NCBI GenBank assembly: GCA_963664815.2
Contig: CAXXHB010000003.1
Location: forward strand, 800,001-864,000
Length of the DNA stretch: 64,000 bases
Reading direction: 5' to 3'
Origin: Spirochaetota bacterium
GTDB taxonomy: Bacteria; Spirochaetota; UBA4802; UBA5550
In this document: piece after piece, positions 19,253 to 29,096 of the stretch
How positions within the stretch are numbered: the first letter of the stretch is position 1
Layout: every line of letters starts with the position of its first letter
Translations under genes and position numbers: made by a program
The notes under the pieces: generated by a model
Databases searched by the model: none
What the model was told of the DNA's origin: nothing
What the model saw: the letters and a program-made list of their open reading frames with translations, nothing else

Positions 19253-20170
19253 ATGAAAAACAGTTCAAACCTAAGGGGGGGATTTATTGTCCTTGCCTCG
19301 TACTGCCTGTGGGGGCTGCTTCCTGTCTACTGGAAGCTCCTGCAGCATATCAAGTCCAGCGAGATTGTAGCGCACAGGATCGTATGGTCTTTTGTCTTCA
19401 TGCTTCTTCTGATAATGTTTAAGTCTGCTCCGGGCACTATTGTTTCGGTTTTCAGAAATATTAAGCTTTTTGCGCTTGTTTCCGCCTGCTCATTCCTTGT
19501 ATCGATTAACTGGGCTGTATATATCTGGGCAGTAAACAGCGGTCACATGGTAGATGCAAGTATGGGATACTATATAAATCCTGTAGTTTCTGTTCTCCTG
19601 GCATTCTTCTTCCTGAAAGAGAATATCGGATGGGAGGGGTGGACAGCTGTCCTTTTCGCCCTTTCCGGTATCATTATAATGATAGTAAAAATCGGAAATG
19701 TTCCCTGGATTGCACTTATACTTTCATTCAGTTTTGCTCTCTATGGGCTGTTGAAAAAGATTCTCCCCGTTGATGCAATAACAGGTCTCTTTGTTGAAAC
19801 GGCAGTATCAGCGCCGGTTGCCATTCTGTATCTTGTTTATATAAATTGTTATTCAGGGAGCGGTCTCACATTCCATTCGGATGCCTTCACCTGGCTTCTT
19901 TTTGTTTTTGCAGGTGTAGTAACAGCTGTTCCTCTGCTTCTGTTTGGCATCGGAACACGGATGGTTTCACTATCAATAGCAGGATTCCTGCAATACGCAT
20001 CTCCGACATTGACGCTTCTGCTGGGAGTTTTTATCTACAGGGAACATGTGCCCGCCGGAAAGCTGTTCTCATTTGCTCTGATCTGGACCGGACTGGCAAT
20101 CTTTACTGCTGTGCGTATTATAAGGGGCGGGATATCAGGCAAATCTTCCGGGATAGAGGAACCGGTCTGA
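19253..20170 (+). CDS. rarD: EamA family transporter RarD
   Basis: LWGLLPVYWKLL, HRIVWS, ASMGYYINP, YGLLKK, GFLQYASPT. Confidence 0.9.
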   Translation: MKNSSNLRGGFIVLASYCLWGLLPVYWKLLQHIKSSEIVAHRIVWSFVFMLLLIMFKSAPGTIVSVFRNIKLFALVSACSFLVSINWAVYIWAVNSGHMVDASMGYYINPVVSVLLAFFFLKENIGWEGWTAVLFALSGIIIMIVKIGNVPWIALILSFSFALYGLLKKILPVDAITGLFVETAVSAPVAILYLVYINCYSGSGLTFHSDAFTWLLFVFAGVVTAVPLLLFGIGTRMVSLSIAGFLQYASPTLTLLLGVFIYREHVPAGKLFSFALIWTGLAIFTAVRIIRGGISGKSSGIEEPV

Positions 20171-20284
20171 TAGCACTTTTAAATTATGTCATTCTTTGAG
20201 TTTCTGATGATGTATTACCATCTCGTGCAGAGTTTGTTATAAAAAGCTGATTAAAACCAATGGAATGAGAAACTGTTATTTTAA

Positions 20285-20452
20285 GTAATACAGGCTACAG
20301 GCAAACCATTCACTGTAAAGATTACTGCAAAAACTATAATTCAGAAAGGTGCAGATAAATTGAAATTCAGTGATCTGAAAACCGGTATGCAGATTGAACT
20401 TGATTACAATAAGAAGAAAAAAGAAGCAGCCAGGATTTTTATTCTGGATTGA
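20285..20452 (+). pseudogene. 5'-truncated remnant of a small OB-fold (DUF5666-like) protein
   Basis: Manual translation VIQATGKPFTVKITAKTIIQKGADKLKFSDLKTGMQIELDYNKKKKEAARIFILD*, preceded by an in-frame TAA (20282-20284) with no start codon. Confidence 0.5.
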
Positions 20453-20487
20453 TGAAATATATTTCAGCAGAACATGCTTCCGGAGAG

Positions 20488-20536
20488 GCTCGCTCAGCAC
20501 TGATTATTCGTTTTCTGCCGGTGAGCGGAGCCGGAA
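20488..20536. repeat. Degenerate inverted pair of the TTCGGCTCCGCTCA REP-like motif
   Basis: GCTCGCTCAGC ... GTGAGCGGAGCCGGAA; the latter is close to the reverse complement of the motif at 62033 and 62075. Confidence 0.55.
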
Positions 20537-20627
20537 TAAAATTCCTTGACAAACCCCAATTTAAAGTGTAAGAATTCAATATTTATAAAACCGATGTATA
20601 CATTTTAAGGATGGTGATACTTGCCTC

Positions 20628-22211
20628 ATGAAAACAATAAAATTTCTTCTGTTTTCCATGATCATATGCCTTCTTCTGGCGCAATCCGCGTTTCCAGCTT
20701 CAGGGAGAAACGCAAATATCCTGGTTTATCCCTTTGAATATAATGGTGATTCGAAATATTCCTGGATTTCATCCGGTCTTACCGACACTGTAATTTCAGA
20801 TCTGGGAAGAATAAAGGGGATAAATGTTTTCTCCGATGACGACCGCAAAAGAACCATAAAAGAGATGGAGCTTGGAATGACAGGGCTCTTCAACGAAAGC
20901 ACAGTTGTCAAAGTCGGGAATGTAATGGGGGCGAACATAATTTTTCTGGGGAGTCTTCAGGTGGCAGGGGATAAAATCCGTGTTAACGCGAAGCTCGTTA
21001 ATGTGGAGACGTCAAAAATTGAAAAAACCATCAAGATCGACGGTACAATGGATCAGATTTTTGAACTGCAGGACAAAGTTGTGCTGGGTCTTCTTGCAGA
21101 AACCGAGAAAGTCAATATTGCAGATGTCAAACCGGTGGTTGTTGATGACAAGGATAAAAGCAGGATCACCAATAAATATAAGCCTGGAAAGGATGCTTAC
21201 GAACTCTACGCGAACGGGCTCAGGATAATGGGGAGCGATCCGAAGGGTGCCCTGGATTACTTTAACAAAGCCATTAATATATCACCGGAATATACGGCAG
21301 CTTTGAGCATGGCCGGTGTGGTATCCGGTTCAACCTTGACAAGGTTTAAAGAGGGGCTTGAGTATATGACCGCTGCGGAAAAGGTTTTAATCAGCAGGGG
21401 TGATGAAAAGACAGATGAGTACGCGGCGCTCATGATAAACACCGGTATTGTGTATAACTCCAAAGGCGAGCCGGATAGGGCCCTTGAGTATTACGACAGG
21501 GCTGAAAAGATAATGATTAACCTTAACAGGCAGGAGAGCGCCACGTATGCCTCGCTTATGACCGGCATCTGCAACGCCTATATAGCAAAAAATTCGCATG
21601 ACAGAGCTCTTGAATTCTGCAGCAAATCGCGGGAGATCAGAGAGAGGCTGAAGATGCAGAACAGTTCGGCATATGCCACACTGATGGTTAATATCGGTAT
21701 TATTTATAAAGCCAAAGGTGACTTTGACAGGTCTCTTGATTATTACAGTAAATCAGAAGCACTGATGGGTAAACTGGGAATGAATGGCACTACTGCCTAT
21801 GCCACACTTATGATGGATGAGGGAAATGTCTATTATTCAAAAAAAGATTTTGACAAAAGCCTTGAATATTACAATAAATCTGGAGAGGTTAGGGATAAAC
21901 TGGGGCTGCATGATTCGGCCGGATATGCAGATCTCCTGAATAACATCGGGCTGGTTTATTATGCGAAAGGAGATTTTGACAGGGCTCTTGAAAATTACAG
22001 CAAGGCTGTGGAAAAGAAGGAAAAGCTGGGCGTACAGAAGAGTGTCGGTTACGGAAACATCCTGTTTAATACAGCTGTCATATATCACAAAAAAGGGAAC
22101 AGTAAAATGGCAGGGGAATACTATCGTAAATCCTCTGAAATATATAAATCCTGCGGACTGAATTCCAAAGCGGAGAACGCCCTTAAAAAAGCTAAGGAAC
22201 TTGGATTCTGA
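20628..22211 (+). CDS. Secreted TolB-N/FlgO(CsgG)-like domain + TPR protein
   Basis: Signal peptide; ILVYPFE..WISSGLTDTVISDL..GSLQVAGDKIRVNAKLVNVET; six 42-aa TPR repeats (Y..KGDFDRALEYY). Confidence 0.88.
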   Translation: MKTIKFLLFSMIICLLLAQSAFPASGRNANILVYPFEYNGDSKYSWISSGLTDTVISDLGRIKGINVFSDDDRKRTIKEMELGMTGLFNESTVVKVGNVMGANIIFLGSLQVAGDKIRVNAKLVNVETSKIEKTIKIDGTMDQIFELQDKVVLGLLAETEKVNIADVKPVVVDDKDKSRITNKYKPGKDAYELYANGLRIMGSDPKGALDYFNKAINISPEYTAALSMAGVVSGSTLTRFKEGLEYMTAAEKVLISRGDEKTDEYAALMINTGIVYNSKGEPDRALEYYDRAEKIMINLNRQESATYASLMTGICNAYIAKNSHDRALEFCSKSREIRERLKMQNSSAYATLMVNIGIIYKAKGDFDRSLDYYSKSEALMGKLGMNGTTAYATLMMDEGNVYYSKKDFDKSLEYYNKSGEVRDKLGLHDSAGYADLLNNIGLVYYAKGDFDRALENYSKAVEKKEKLGVQKSVGYGNILFNTAVIYHKKGNSKMAGEYYRKSSEIYKSCGLNSKAENALKKAKELGF

Positions 22212-22349
22212 TTATGAAGAGGCGTCACATGAAATTTCCAGGCAGGATGGAACTTTTGCTCGCTTGTTGATCAAAGGAATCATGTCTGTGAGGTTCAGAC
22301 CACAGGATAGAAATTTGATTGATAGTGGCGGGTTGAAGAAGCCTGTGTT

Positions 22350-23969
22350 TCAGCCTTCAGCCGTAAAAAGTTCAAGTGTCTCTTTCAGTATCTCCTTAAC
22401 GTTGCCGGCTTCAGATGAGTTCATTATTGCCGCGACAGGTTTAAGCCTTATGGTATAGTCTGCAGAGAGCTTTATCCTGAACTTTGAGATATCCTTCGTT
22501 ACCGCAAGTTCAATGTTTTCTGCTTCCTTCAGATCTATCCCGGGGAGAATCATTCCTATTTTCCCATTCTGCAGAAAAAGCTCGTGCGCTTCACCGGATG
22601 ATTTTTTTATTACAGGGTATATGATTTTAAGTACTGTGTTTTTCTGTTCTTTTTCGATGTCGATATCACGGAAAATATCTATCAGAAGCAGATAAAATCC
22701 GGTCCCGATCTTCTGCGCAGAGTAGATCTGTTCTGAAAGTTTCATATTGAAATATGATGCGCTGTAAAAACCGGTTTCTCGGTCTACTATTACATTGTTG
22801 ATTACAAGAAACTCCTTTATATCCTTTGATATGTCTTTTACCGCTCCCTGTATTTTGCCTATGTCGAGAGAACCGGCTGAGTCCTTAAGTCTTATCTCAA
22901 TCATCCCGAGAAGCGATTCATCATCAATAAGCGGTATGCGGATAATTTTTCCGTCATCAATAATATGTGCCCCGTATCTTTTACTGTTTTCCAGCTCGGA
23001 AATCTTTATATTATCAAACAGCGATGAGTCTATGCGGAGAAAAGTCTTCTCTTTAAGTTCGTATGTTTTGGACAGACGCCCCTCCATCTTTTTAATGTAT
23101 AATGCTATTGAATCAGGTTTAAGCTCTTTATGAAGCTGTTTAAACAGCTCGAAGATTCTCGAGTTAAGGGCATCGTTAACCATCTCTTTTTCCGGTCTGT
23201 TATTGCGGATCATTTCGTTGCTGTTTCTGTCGGTGCCGGTTCCGATTATCGGTGATAGTTCGTTCTCATCTATCTGATCTGCAGCTGGTGATTTTCTCCC
23301 TGATGGTTTCTTTGAATTGTAAGCTTCGAAAGACTCTGTTTTTTTCGCTCCAAGAATTATAGTCTTAACATTCGCATCTTCAGCTATACCCTTCTTTCTG
23401 AGAAATGAAAGTACAACTCCGGTAAGCATAAATGAAAAGCACATAAGCAGCAGTACCTCCAGGGCCAGCCGCACTACTGTTTTTCTCTCCGGTTTGAATG
23501 CAAATACAGCATAGGTTTTCTGTCCCTCTGAAGCAAATGGATATATGTAAAACCTGTCATCTCCACCCTTGCCGTTGTTATAGTTTCTTACGTAGGGTTC
23601 CTTTCTCCCTTCCGAAGTAAAGCTTCTCATCCTGATATCTTCCATGAGAAGATCAACAATTGTCCCGGATTTGATAATGGCGTCATTTTTAATGAGATAC
23701 TTTAATTTATCGGATTTATCTGTAAGTATAAGCGCAGCCGCTGACGGTTCCCTGTCCATAATACCGTTGAATATCTTTTTTACTTTTTCCTGATCTGGTG
23801 ATTCTTCACGGTTCAGCATCTCTGCTGCGGGTTTTATCATTTCGGATTTAGTGATTATTCCGTTAATATATTTTTTCTCTACGCTGGCTGAACGTAAGAT
23901 ATAATATGGAATCAGAGTTATTGCTGATAGTAATGTGAATATGGCAATATTTCTCAATTTATTTTTCAT
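22350..23969 (-). CDS. Membrane protein with a C-terminal degenerate GGDEF-like domain
   Basis: Two TM segments; VDRETGFYSASYFNMKLSEQI..FYLLLIDI is the GGDEF entry pattern, but the GG(D/E)EF motif is absent. Confidence 0.65.
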   Translation of the reverse strand: MKNKLRNIAIFTLLSAITLIPYYILRSASVEKKYINGIITKSEMIKPAAEMLNREESPDQEKVKKIFNGIMDREPSAAALILTDKSDKLKYLIKNDAIIKSGTIVDLLMEDIRMRSFTSEGRKEPYVRNYNNGKGGDDRFYIYPFASEGQKTYAVFAFKPERKTVVRLALEVLLLMCFSFMLTGVVLSFLRKKGIAEDANVKTIILGAKKTESFEAYNSKKPSGRKSPAADQIDENELSPIIGTGTDRNSNEMIRNNRPEKEMVNDALNSRIFELFKQLHKELKPDSIALYIKKMEGRLSKTYELKEKTFLRIDSSLFDNIKISELENSKRYGAHIIDDGKIIRIPLIDDESLLGMIEIRLKDSAGSLDIGKIQGAVKDISKDIKEFLVINNVIVDRETGFYSASYFNMKLSEQIYSAQKIGTGFYLLLIDIFRDIDIEKEQKNTVLKIIYPVIKKSSGEAHELFLQNGKIGMILPGIDLKEAENIELAVTKDISKFRIKLSADYTIRLKPVAAIMNSSEAGNVKEILKETLELFTAEG

Positions 23970-24246
23970 TTATCACCTGCCGGATTTCCTTATTTCATTT
24001 TCGGTATCGGCGTAAAAGGTGTGAATACTATTTTTCTGCAATATGAAAAAGTACCGTGAATCCGGCCATATTATGCAGAACTTTTATGAGTTGCTCGGAA
24101 AAATACCTGTATAGCAAATTTTTTTCCTCTTCCGGTGGTTTTTTTTGTATTATTGTCTTACATTCAATCTTTATCGGTTTTTCAGGTATATTGGCGATAA
24201 GTGAAAATACAAATATCAGTGATAATGATAATCAGGGAGATCAAAG

Positions 24247-26166
24247 ATGAAAATTTTTGATAAATTTAAAAGTTTCTCCATAGGGAGAAAACTTATGATA
24301 ATTCAGGCCGGATCTATTGTCTGTATGATTATTATACTTGCATTTGCCGCCGGAATAATAATCAAGAAACAGTTCACCGGCGGAGGCATAGCAGAGTTAA
24401 ACAATCTTAACGGGCGTATCATTGATATGATTGACGTTTATGACATGAAACTGAAATGGGAGGCTGTATCCCTGAGTAATGTTCTTTCCAGGTACAGCCC
24501 GGGGGGGAACAGCCTCAGCCTATCACAGGAGTCCATTGACCGCTTTACGGATGTTACAGGGGCAGTGGCAACGCTTTTTGTCAGAAAAGGTGACGATTTT
24601 CTCCGAACGGCAACATCTCTCAAGAAGGAGAACGGCTCCCGTGCAGTAGGCACATTTCTTGATCATAATCACCCGGGTTACAAAAAGGTACTGGCAGGTG
24701 AGACCTATACGGGGACTGCTGTTCTTTTCGGGCGCAACTACATGACACACTACAGTCCCATCAGGAACGGAAATCAGGTCGTGGGAATTCAGTTTATAGG
24801 GGTTGATTTTACCGAGGGTGTCAGGAACCTGAAAGAGAAAATAAGGGCTATAAATATCGGTAAGAGCGGGTATGTCTATGTAATTGAAGACGCTAAAAGC
24901 AAGGAGCCGGGTAGATGTGCTGTACATAAATATATAAAAAATGAAGGGACAAATATGTCAGACCTGAAAGATGCCGATGGACGTTCTTTCATTAAAGAGA
25001 TGATGAGTAAAGGTAACGGAGTTATTGATTATAACTGGCTTGATGCAGAAAAAAAAGCGGATGCACCGAGAAGGAAACTCGCATCGTTTTCATCTTATGA
25101 CAGCTGGAACTGGATAATTGTTTCCGGGTCATATTTTGATGAATTGATATCGCAGGGTTATGTTCTGCGTAACTATATTTTTGTAATTCTTATATTCTGC
25201 TCGATATTGATGCTTCTGCTGCTTTATATATCGATTAAGAGGATTATTCTTTTACGTTTCAGGAAACTGACAGAACTGCTTGGAAACATATCAAGCGGCG
25301 AAGGCGATCTGACTATGCGTCTTGAATTTGAAGAAAAAGATGAAATCGGAGATATTGCCGGATTGTTCAATAAATTCATAGGAGACTTTGAAAGGATGAT
25401 ATCCGACATTAAATCGGCCTGTACAGGGCTTGAACAGTCGGTGAATAATATACGTGAGGGGAATCTGAATCTTTCTGAACGGACTTCCGAACAGGCGGCG
25501 AATATTGAGGGAATTGTATCGATCCTTGAGGAAACTACGGCATCCATAGAAAAAAGCGCTGAAACCGCGCTGCAGGCCAAACTCATTACCGAGGGCGGAG
25601 CAGAGAAGGCTTCGGCGGGTAATGAAACTTCACACCGGGCGGTAGAGGCTATAAATGATATAAGCAGTTCCAGTAAAAAAATAGAAGAGACAATAAATGT
25701 TATTAATGAAATTTCCTTCCAGACCAACCTGCTTGCTCTTAATGCTGCAGTGGAAGCCGCCCGGGCAGGGGAGCAGGGGAGAGGATTTGCCGTTGTTGCG
25801 GGTGAAGTAAGAAATCTGGCTCAGCGTTCGGCGGTAGCCTCAAAGGAGATCGCGGAAATTATAAATGAATCGATATCACGTGTAGGGCATGGGACAGTAA
25901 TGGTTAAGGATACAGGGGAGAGGCTTACGGAAATTGTCAAGTCATCAAATCAGATAGTTTCGCTCATTTCGGATATAAGCGTCGCGTCAGAGGAACAGAA
26001 AAACAGCATTATCGGTATCAATAAGTCGGTTTCATCTCTTGATATAATGACCCAGCAGAATGCCGCGCTGGTTGAAGAGACAGCCGGCGCATCTGATGAA
26101 ATGGCGGAGAGGACAAAAGACCTTGTTAAGCTTATAGGAAGATTTAAAATTAATGCCCTGAGTTAG
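24247..26166 (+). CDS. Methyl-accepting chemotaxis protein (Cache-HAMP-MA)
   Basis: [18 protein letters not shown] Cache region, [48 protein letters not shown]. Confidence 0.96.
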   Translation: MKIFDKFKSFSIGRKLMIIQAGSIVCMIIILAFAAGIIIKKQFTGGGIAELNNLNGRIIDMIDVYDMKLKWEAVSLSNVLSRYSPGGNSLSLSQESIDRFTDVTGAVATLFVRKGDDFLRTATSLKKENGSRAVGTFLDHNHPGYKKVLAGETYTGTAVLFGRNYMTHYSPIRNGNQVVGIQFIGVDFTEGVRNLKEKIRAINIGKSGYVYVIEDAKSKEPGRCAVHKYIKNEGTNMSDLKDADGRSFIKEMMSKGNGVIDYNWLDAEKKADAPRRKLASFSSYDSWNWIIVSGSYFDELISQGYVLRNYIFVILIFCSILMLLLLYISIKRIILLRFRKLTELLGNISSGEGDLTMRLEFEEKDEIGDIAGLFNKFIGDFERMISDIKSACTGLEQSVNNIREGNLNLSERTSEQAANIEGIVSILEETTASIEKSAETALQAKLITEGGAEKASAGNETSHRAVEAINDISSSSKKIEETINVINEISFQTNLLALNAAVEAARAGEQGRGFAVVAGEVRNLAQRSAVASKEIAEIINESISRVGHGTVMVKDTGERLTEIVKSSNQIVSLISDISVASEEQKNSIIGINKSVSSLDIMTQQNAALVEETAGASDEMAERTKDLVKLIGRFKINALS

Positions 26167-26241
26167 GCTCTTTTATATCATTCTCCTCTCCTGAAAGGAT
26201 TGAGTTTGATAATAAGACTTGTATCTGATTCAAATAAAGAT

Positions 26242-27198
26242 CTAAACCAGATTTATCTCTTTCCCATCAATGAATTCCCTGATATTACATGCAATTTCAT
26301 TTACAAGTCTTCTTCGGGATTCAATGCTTGCCCAGCCTATATGAGGGGTTATGATGAGGTTTGGGGCTTTCAGCAGCGGATCCTCCTTATGAGGGGGTTC
26401 TTTTTCCATAACGTCAATGGCGGCTCCGGCAATTGAACCTGTTTCAAGGGCGCGGCACAGCGCGGCCGGTTCCACTATGGGGCCGCGTGCCATATTAATA
26501 AGAAATGCTCTCCTTTTCATCCGGGCCAGAAATTCACTGTTGACAAGGTATCTGGAGTATTCTGTAAGAGGCATATGTATTGAGATAAAATCGGACTGTT
26601 CCGCAAGATCGCAGAGGCCGAGTCTGGGGCAGAGGCTTTCTGCTGCCCCCTCCTCACGTTTAAGCGCGACTGCTCTCATTCCGAATGCCGAACATAATTT
26701 CGCCACCTCTTTGCCGATTGCGCCGAGTCCCATGATGCCGATGGTTTTCCCCTCGAGATCTGAAAATGGGAATGTACCCAGGGAAAAAATATCAGATCTG
26801 CTCCAGCTTCCGTCATGCGAGGCGTTGTTGTACTTTACAAGGTTAGTGGAGAGGGCCAGTATAAATGCCATTGTAAGCTGTGCAACGGTTTTTGTGGAGT
26901 AACCGGGGACATTGGCCACTGAAATACCCATCTTCTTTGCGGCAGCAACATCTATATTGTTGTAACCTGTTGCCGCCTCGGCAATCATTTTAAGACTGCT
27001 GCACTGCAGCAGCAGGGGTGCATCGATAACCACCTTGTTTGTTATTATAATATCCGCCTCAATACACCTGCCGGTTATCTCAGCCGGCGAAGTTGTTTTG
27101 TAGCATGTAAGATCACCGATTGCGTCTATTGCAGAAAAATCGATATCGCCATAATCAACAGTTGATGAGTCAAGAAAAACAATCTTCTTTTTTGTCAT
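26242..27198 (-). CDS. D-2-hydroxyacid dehydrogenase (glycerate dehydrogenase-like)
   Basis: ATGYNNID, GIMGLGAIG, INMARG, DVMEKEP, ITPHIGW. Confidence 0.92.
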   Translation of the reverse strand: MTKKKIVFLDSSTVDYGDIDFSAIDAIGDLTCYKTTSPAEITGRCIEADIIITNKVVIDAPLLLQCSSLKMIAEAATGYNNIDVAAAKKMGISVANVPGYSTKTVAQLTMAFILALSTNLVKYNNASHDGSWSRSDIFSLGTFPFSDLEGKTIGIMGLGAIGKEVAKLCSAFGMRAVALKREEGAAESLCPRLGLCDLAEQSDFISIHMPLTEYSRYLVNSEFLARMKRRAFLINMARGPIVEPAALCRALETGSIAGAAIDVMEKEPPHKEDPLLKAPNLIITPHIGWASIESRRRLVNEIACNIREFIDGKEINLV

Positions 27199-27663
27199 AT
27201 ATTACCCCGCTTTTAGCTGTCTCTTTTTTGCTTTCGTATAAACCGTCATGTGCATCTTTTTATATAATGTATAAAATACCTGTTTTTAAAATAAAGAAAG
27301 ATTTTAAAATTTTAATTTTAATCATATGCCAGGGTTACAGTTTAAAATAACTTCAATCACTTTTATCTACCTGTAACCTGTTTTTTAATAAAATGCCCGG
27401 ATTATATGTTTTTTAAATCGCTGCGATTATAAAATCCCTTTTCAAAAAATCAGGAAGTGGCTTTTTTAAGATAATACACTGACGCTATTTTAGTTTATAT
27501 GAAAAAATTATTTTGCTGGACAAAACCGGTTGGATGCCTTATAAGTAGGAAAAAAGATTGTTAATCCCTGGTAACCGGTCTAAAATTAGTGCAGTTAGGC
27601 TTATTACAGGTAATTTCAGCATAAATAATGAAATATTATTAATACTAAATCAGAAGGTTAATT

Positions 27664-28392
27664 ATGAAAAACAGAGTAATTATATTTATTGCTGTCTCTT
27701 CACTTTTTATAGGTGTATCAGCTTCCGCTAAAAGCAAGACGGGCTTTTCAATGGGTATGTTCGGCTCATATGCAACCGACCCGGGGGTTATTGAGTATCT
27801 GATACGCGATTGTGAAAGTGCTAGTAATTATGATAATGAATCGATATCAATCCCGGGTACCGGTTTTTTTGCAAGATATGAGTTTAAAAATAACCTGTTT
27901 ATAAGAACCGGCGCTGAAGCATATGTAATGACTGGCGGAGGCGATATCAAGATATCTGCAACTTCTTCTTCTACAATCAGCTATGATTATCAGATAGACT
28001 ATTTTGCAATGGCAGTTCCGCTTTTCCTGGGGATAAACGCTTCGCCGGACAAGGGGAAGACGAATTTTTACGGAGCTTTCGGACCGGTGGTGGCTGCTGT
28101 TGATATTAAAAGAGAACTAAAAGAAAATGATACTTCCGGGCCGACATATAAAGAGTATAGCGGGGAGGAAACTGAACCGTTAATAGGTTTTGGAGGTCTG
28201 CTGGGAGTTGAGAAACAGATGACAAAAAGTCTCTATTTTTTAATTGAATTCGCTTTCTACAACTGTGAGGGTAACAAAGAAGTTAAAGGTGATTATAAAC
28301 TGAATGGAGTATGGACTTCAGATTATAATTACACTGAGAAATATGGACTCCCTCGGCAGCAGATAAGGCTTGGGTTGAGGTGTAATTTTTAA
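27664..28392 (+). CDS. Outer-membrane beta-barrel protein, OmpL1-like
   Basis: Signal peptide ending SASA-K, amphipathic beta strands, C-terminal Phe; strand pattern recalls leptospiral OmpL1 (from memory). Confidence 0.7.
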   Translation: MKNRVIIFIAVSSLFIGVSASAKSKTGFSMGMFGSYATDPGVIEYLIRDCESASNYDNESISIPGTGFFARYEFKNNLFIRTGAEAYVMTGGGDIKISATSSSTISYDYQIDYFAMAVPLFLGINASPDKGKTNFYGAFGPVVAAVDIKRELKENDTSGPTYKEYSGEETEPLIGFGGLLGVEKQMTKSLYFLIEFAFYNCEGNKEVKGDYKLNGVWTSDYNYTEKYGLPRQQIRLGLRCNF

Positions 28393-28459
28393 GATATACA
28401 GGGAATATTCTTTCAGAGAGGTGCCTCTGAATATTTAACAACAGATTATGCAGCTGATC

Positions 28460-28488
28460 CGGGGAGTATTAAAAACTCCCCGTTTTTG
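28460..28488 (+). terminator. Rho-independent terminator between convergent genes
   Basis: CGGGGAGT..ACTCCCCG stem followed by TTTTT. Confidence 0.7.
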
Positions 28489-28489
28489 T

Positions 28490-29071
28490 TTAAAACTTCA
28501 GTTTAATATTGCTGACTTCAATCAAAGTGTGCTCCTCAAGCTTTTTTCTGAAGGGAAATATTTCTCCGAATTTTCCGGAGGCTGTACCTTCACATTTAAA
28601 TGTATAATCATGTGCCGGGGAATAGAGTTCAACCCCCTTTGCTGAATCATCAATATCTTCAACAGGATTATAACCGGTTATTGTAATACCTGCCGGGTGA
28701 GCTTCAATTAAAGCTTTAATTTCATCGCCGAATTTTTTTGCGTAAGCAGCTGCCGTGAATCCGAATGAACAGCTTTTAATCTCTGCTGCAGCTTTTGTAT
28801 ACTTAAGCCTCCGGTACCGCGGGTCGCTTTTATTTTTCAGCATATTCTGAAGCGCGTTATGGAACTTTTCTTCAAGGACTATATGATGCTGTCCGGCACT
28901 GAAAGGGAGAAGTTCCAGGATCTTTTCGCTGAACGATCCGGATTCTATTACGGATTCCCTGTATGGGTACCATTCCCATTCTGCACCTTCACCAAGAAGA
29001 AAACCTTCAAGCATACCGCATATTACATCGAATTTTCCTTTGAATACAGCCCTGTAATATTTTTTTTCCAT
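28490..29071 (-). CDS. Hypothetical protein
   Basis: GGAGGA RBS places the start at ATG 29071 (track uses GTG 29083); follows the antiporter gene closely. Confidence 0.75.
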   Translation of the reverse strand: MEKKYYRAVFKGKFDVICGMLEGFLLGEGAEWEWYPYRESVIESGSFSEKILELLPFSAGQHHIVLEEKFHNALQNMLKNKSDPRYRRLKYTKAAAEIKSCSFGFTAAAYAKKFGDEIKALIEAHPAGITITGYNPVEDIDDSAKGVELYSPAHDYTFKCEGTASGKFGEIFPFRKKLEEHTLIEVSNIKLKF

Positions 29072-29096
29072 ACCATCCTCCACTCTGAAAAATATA

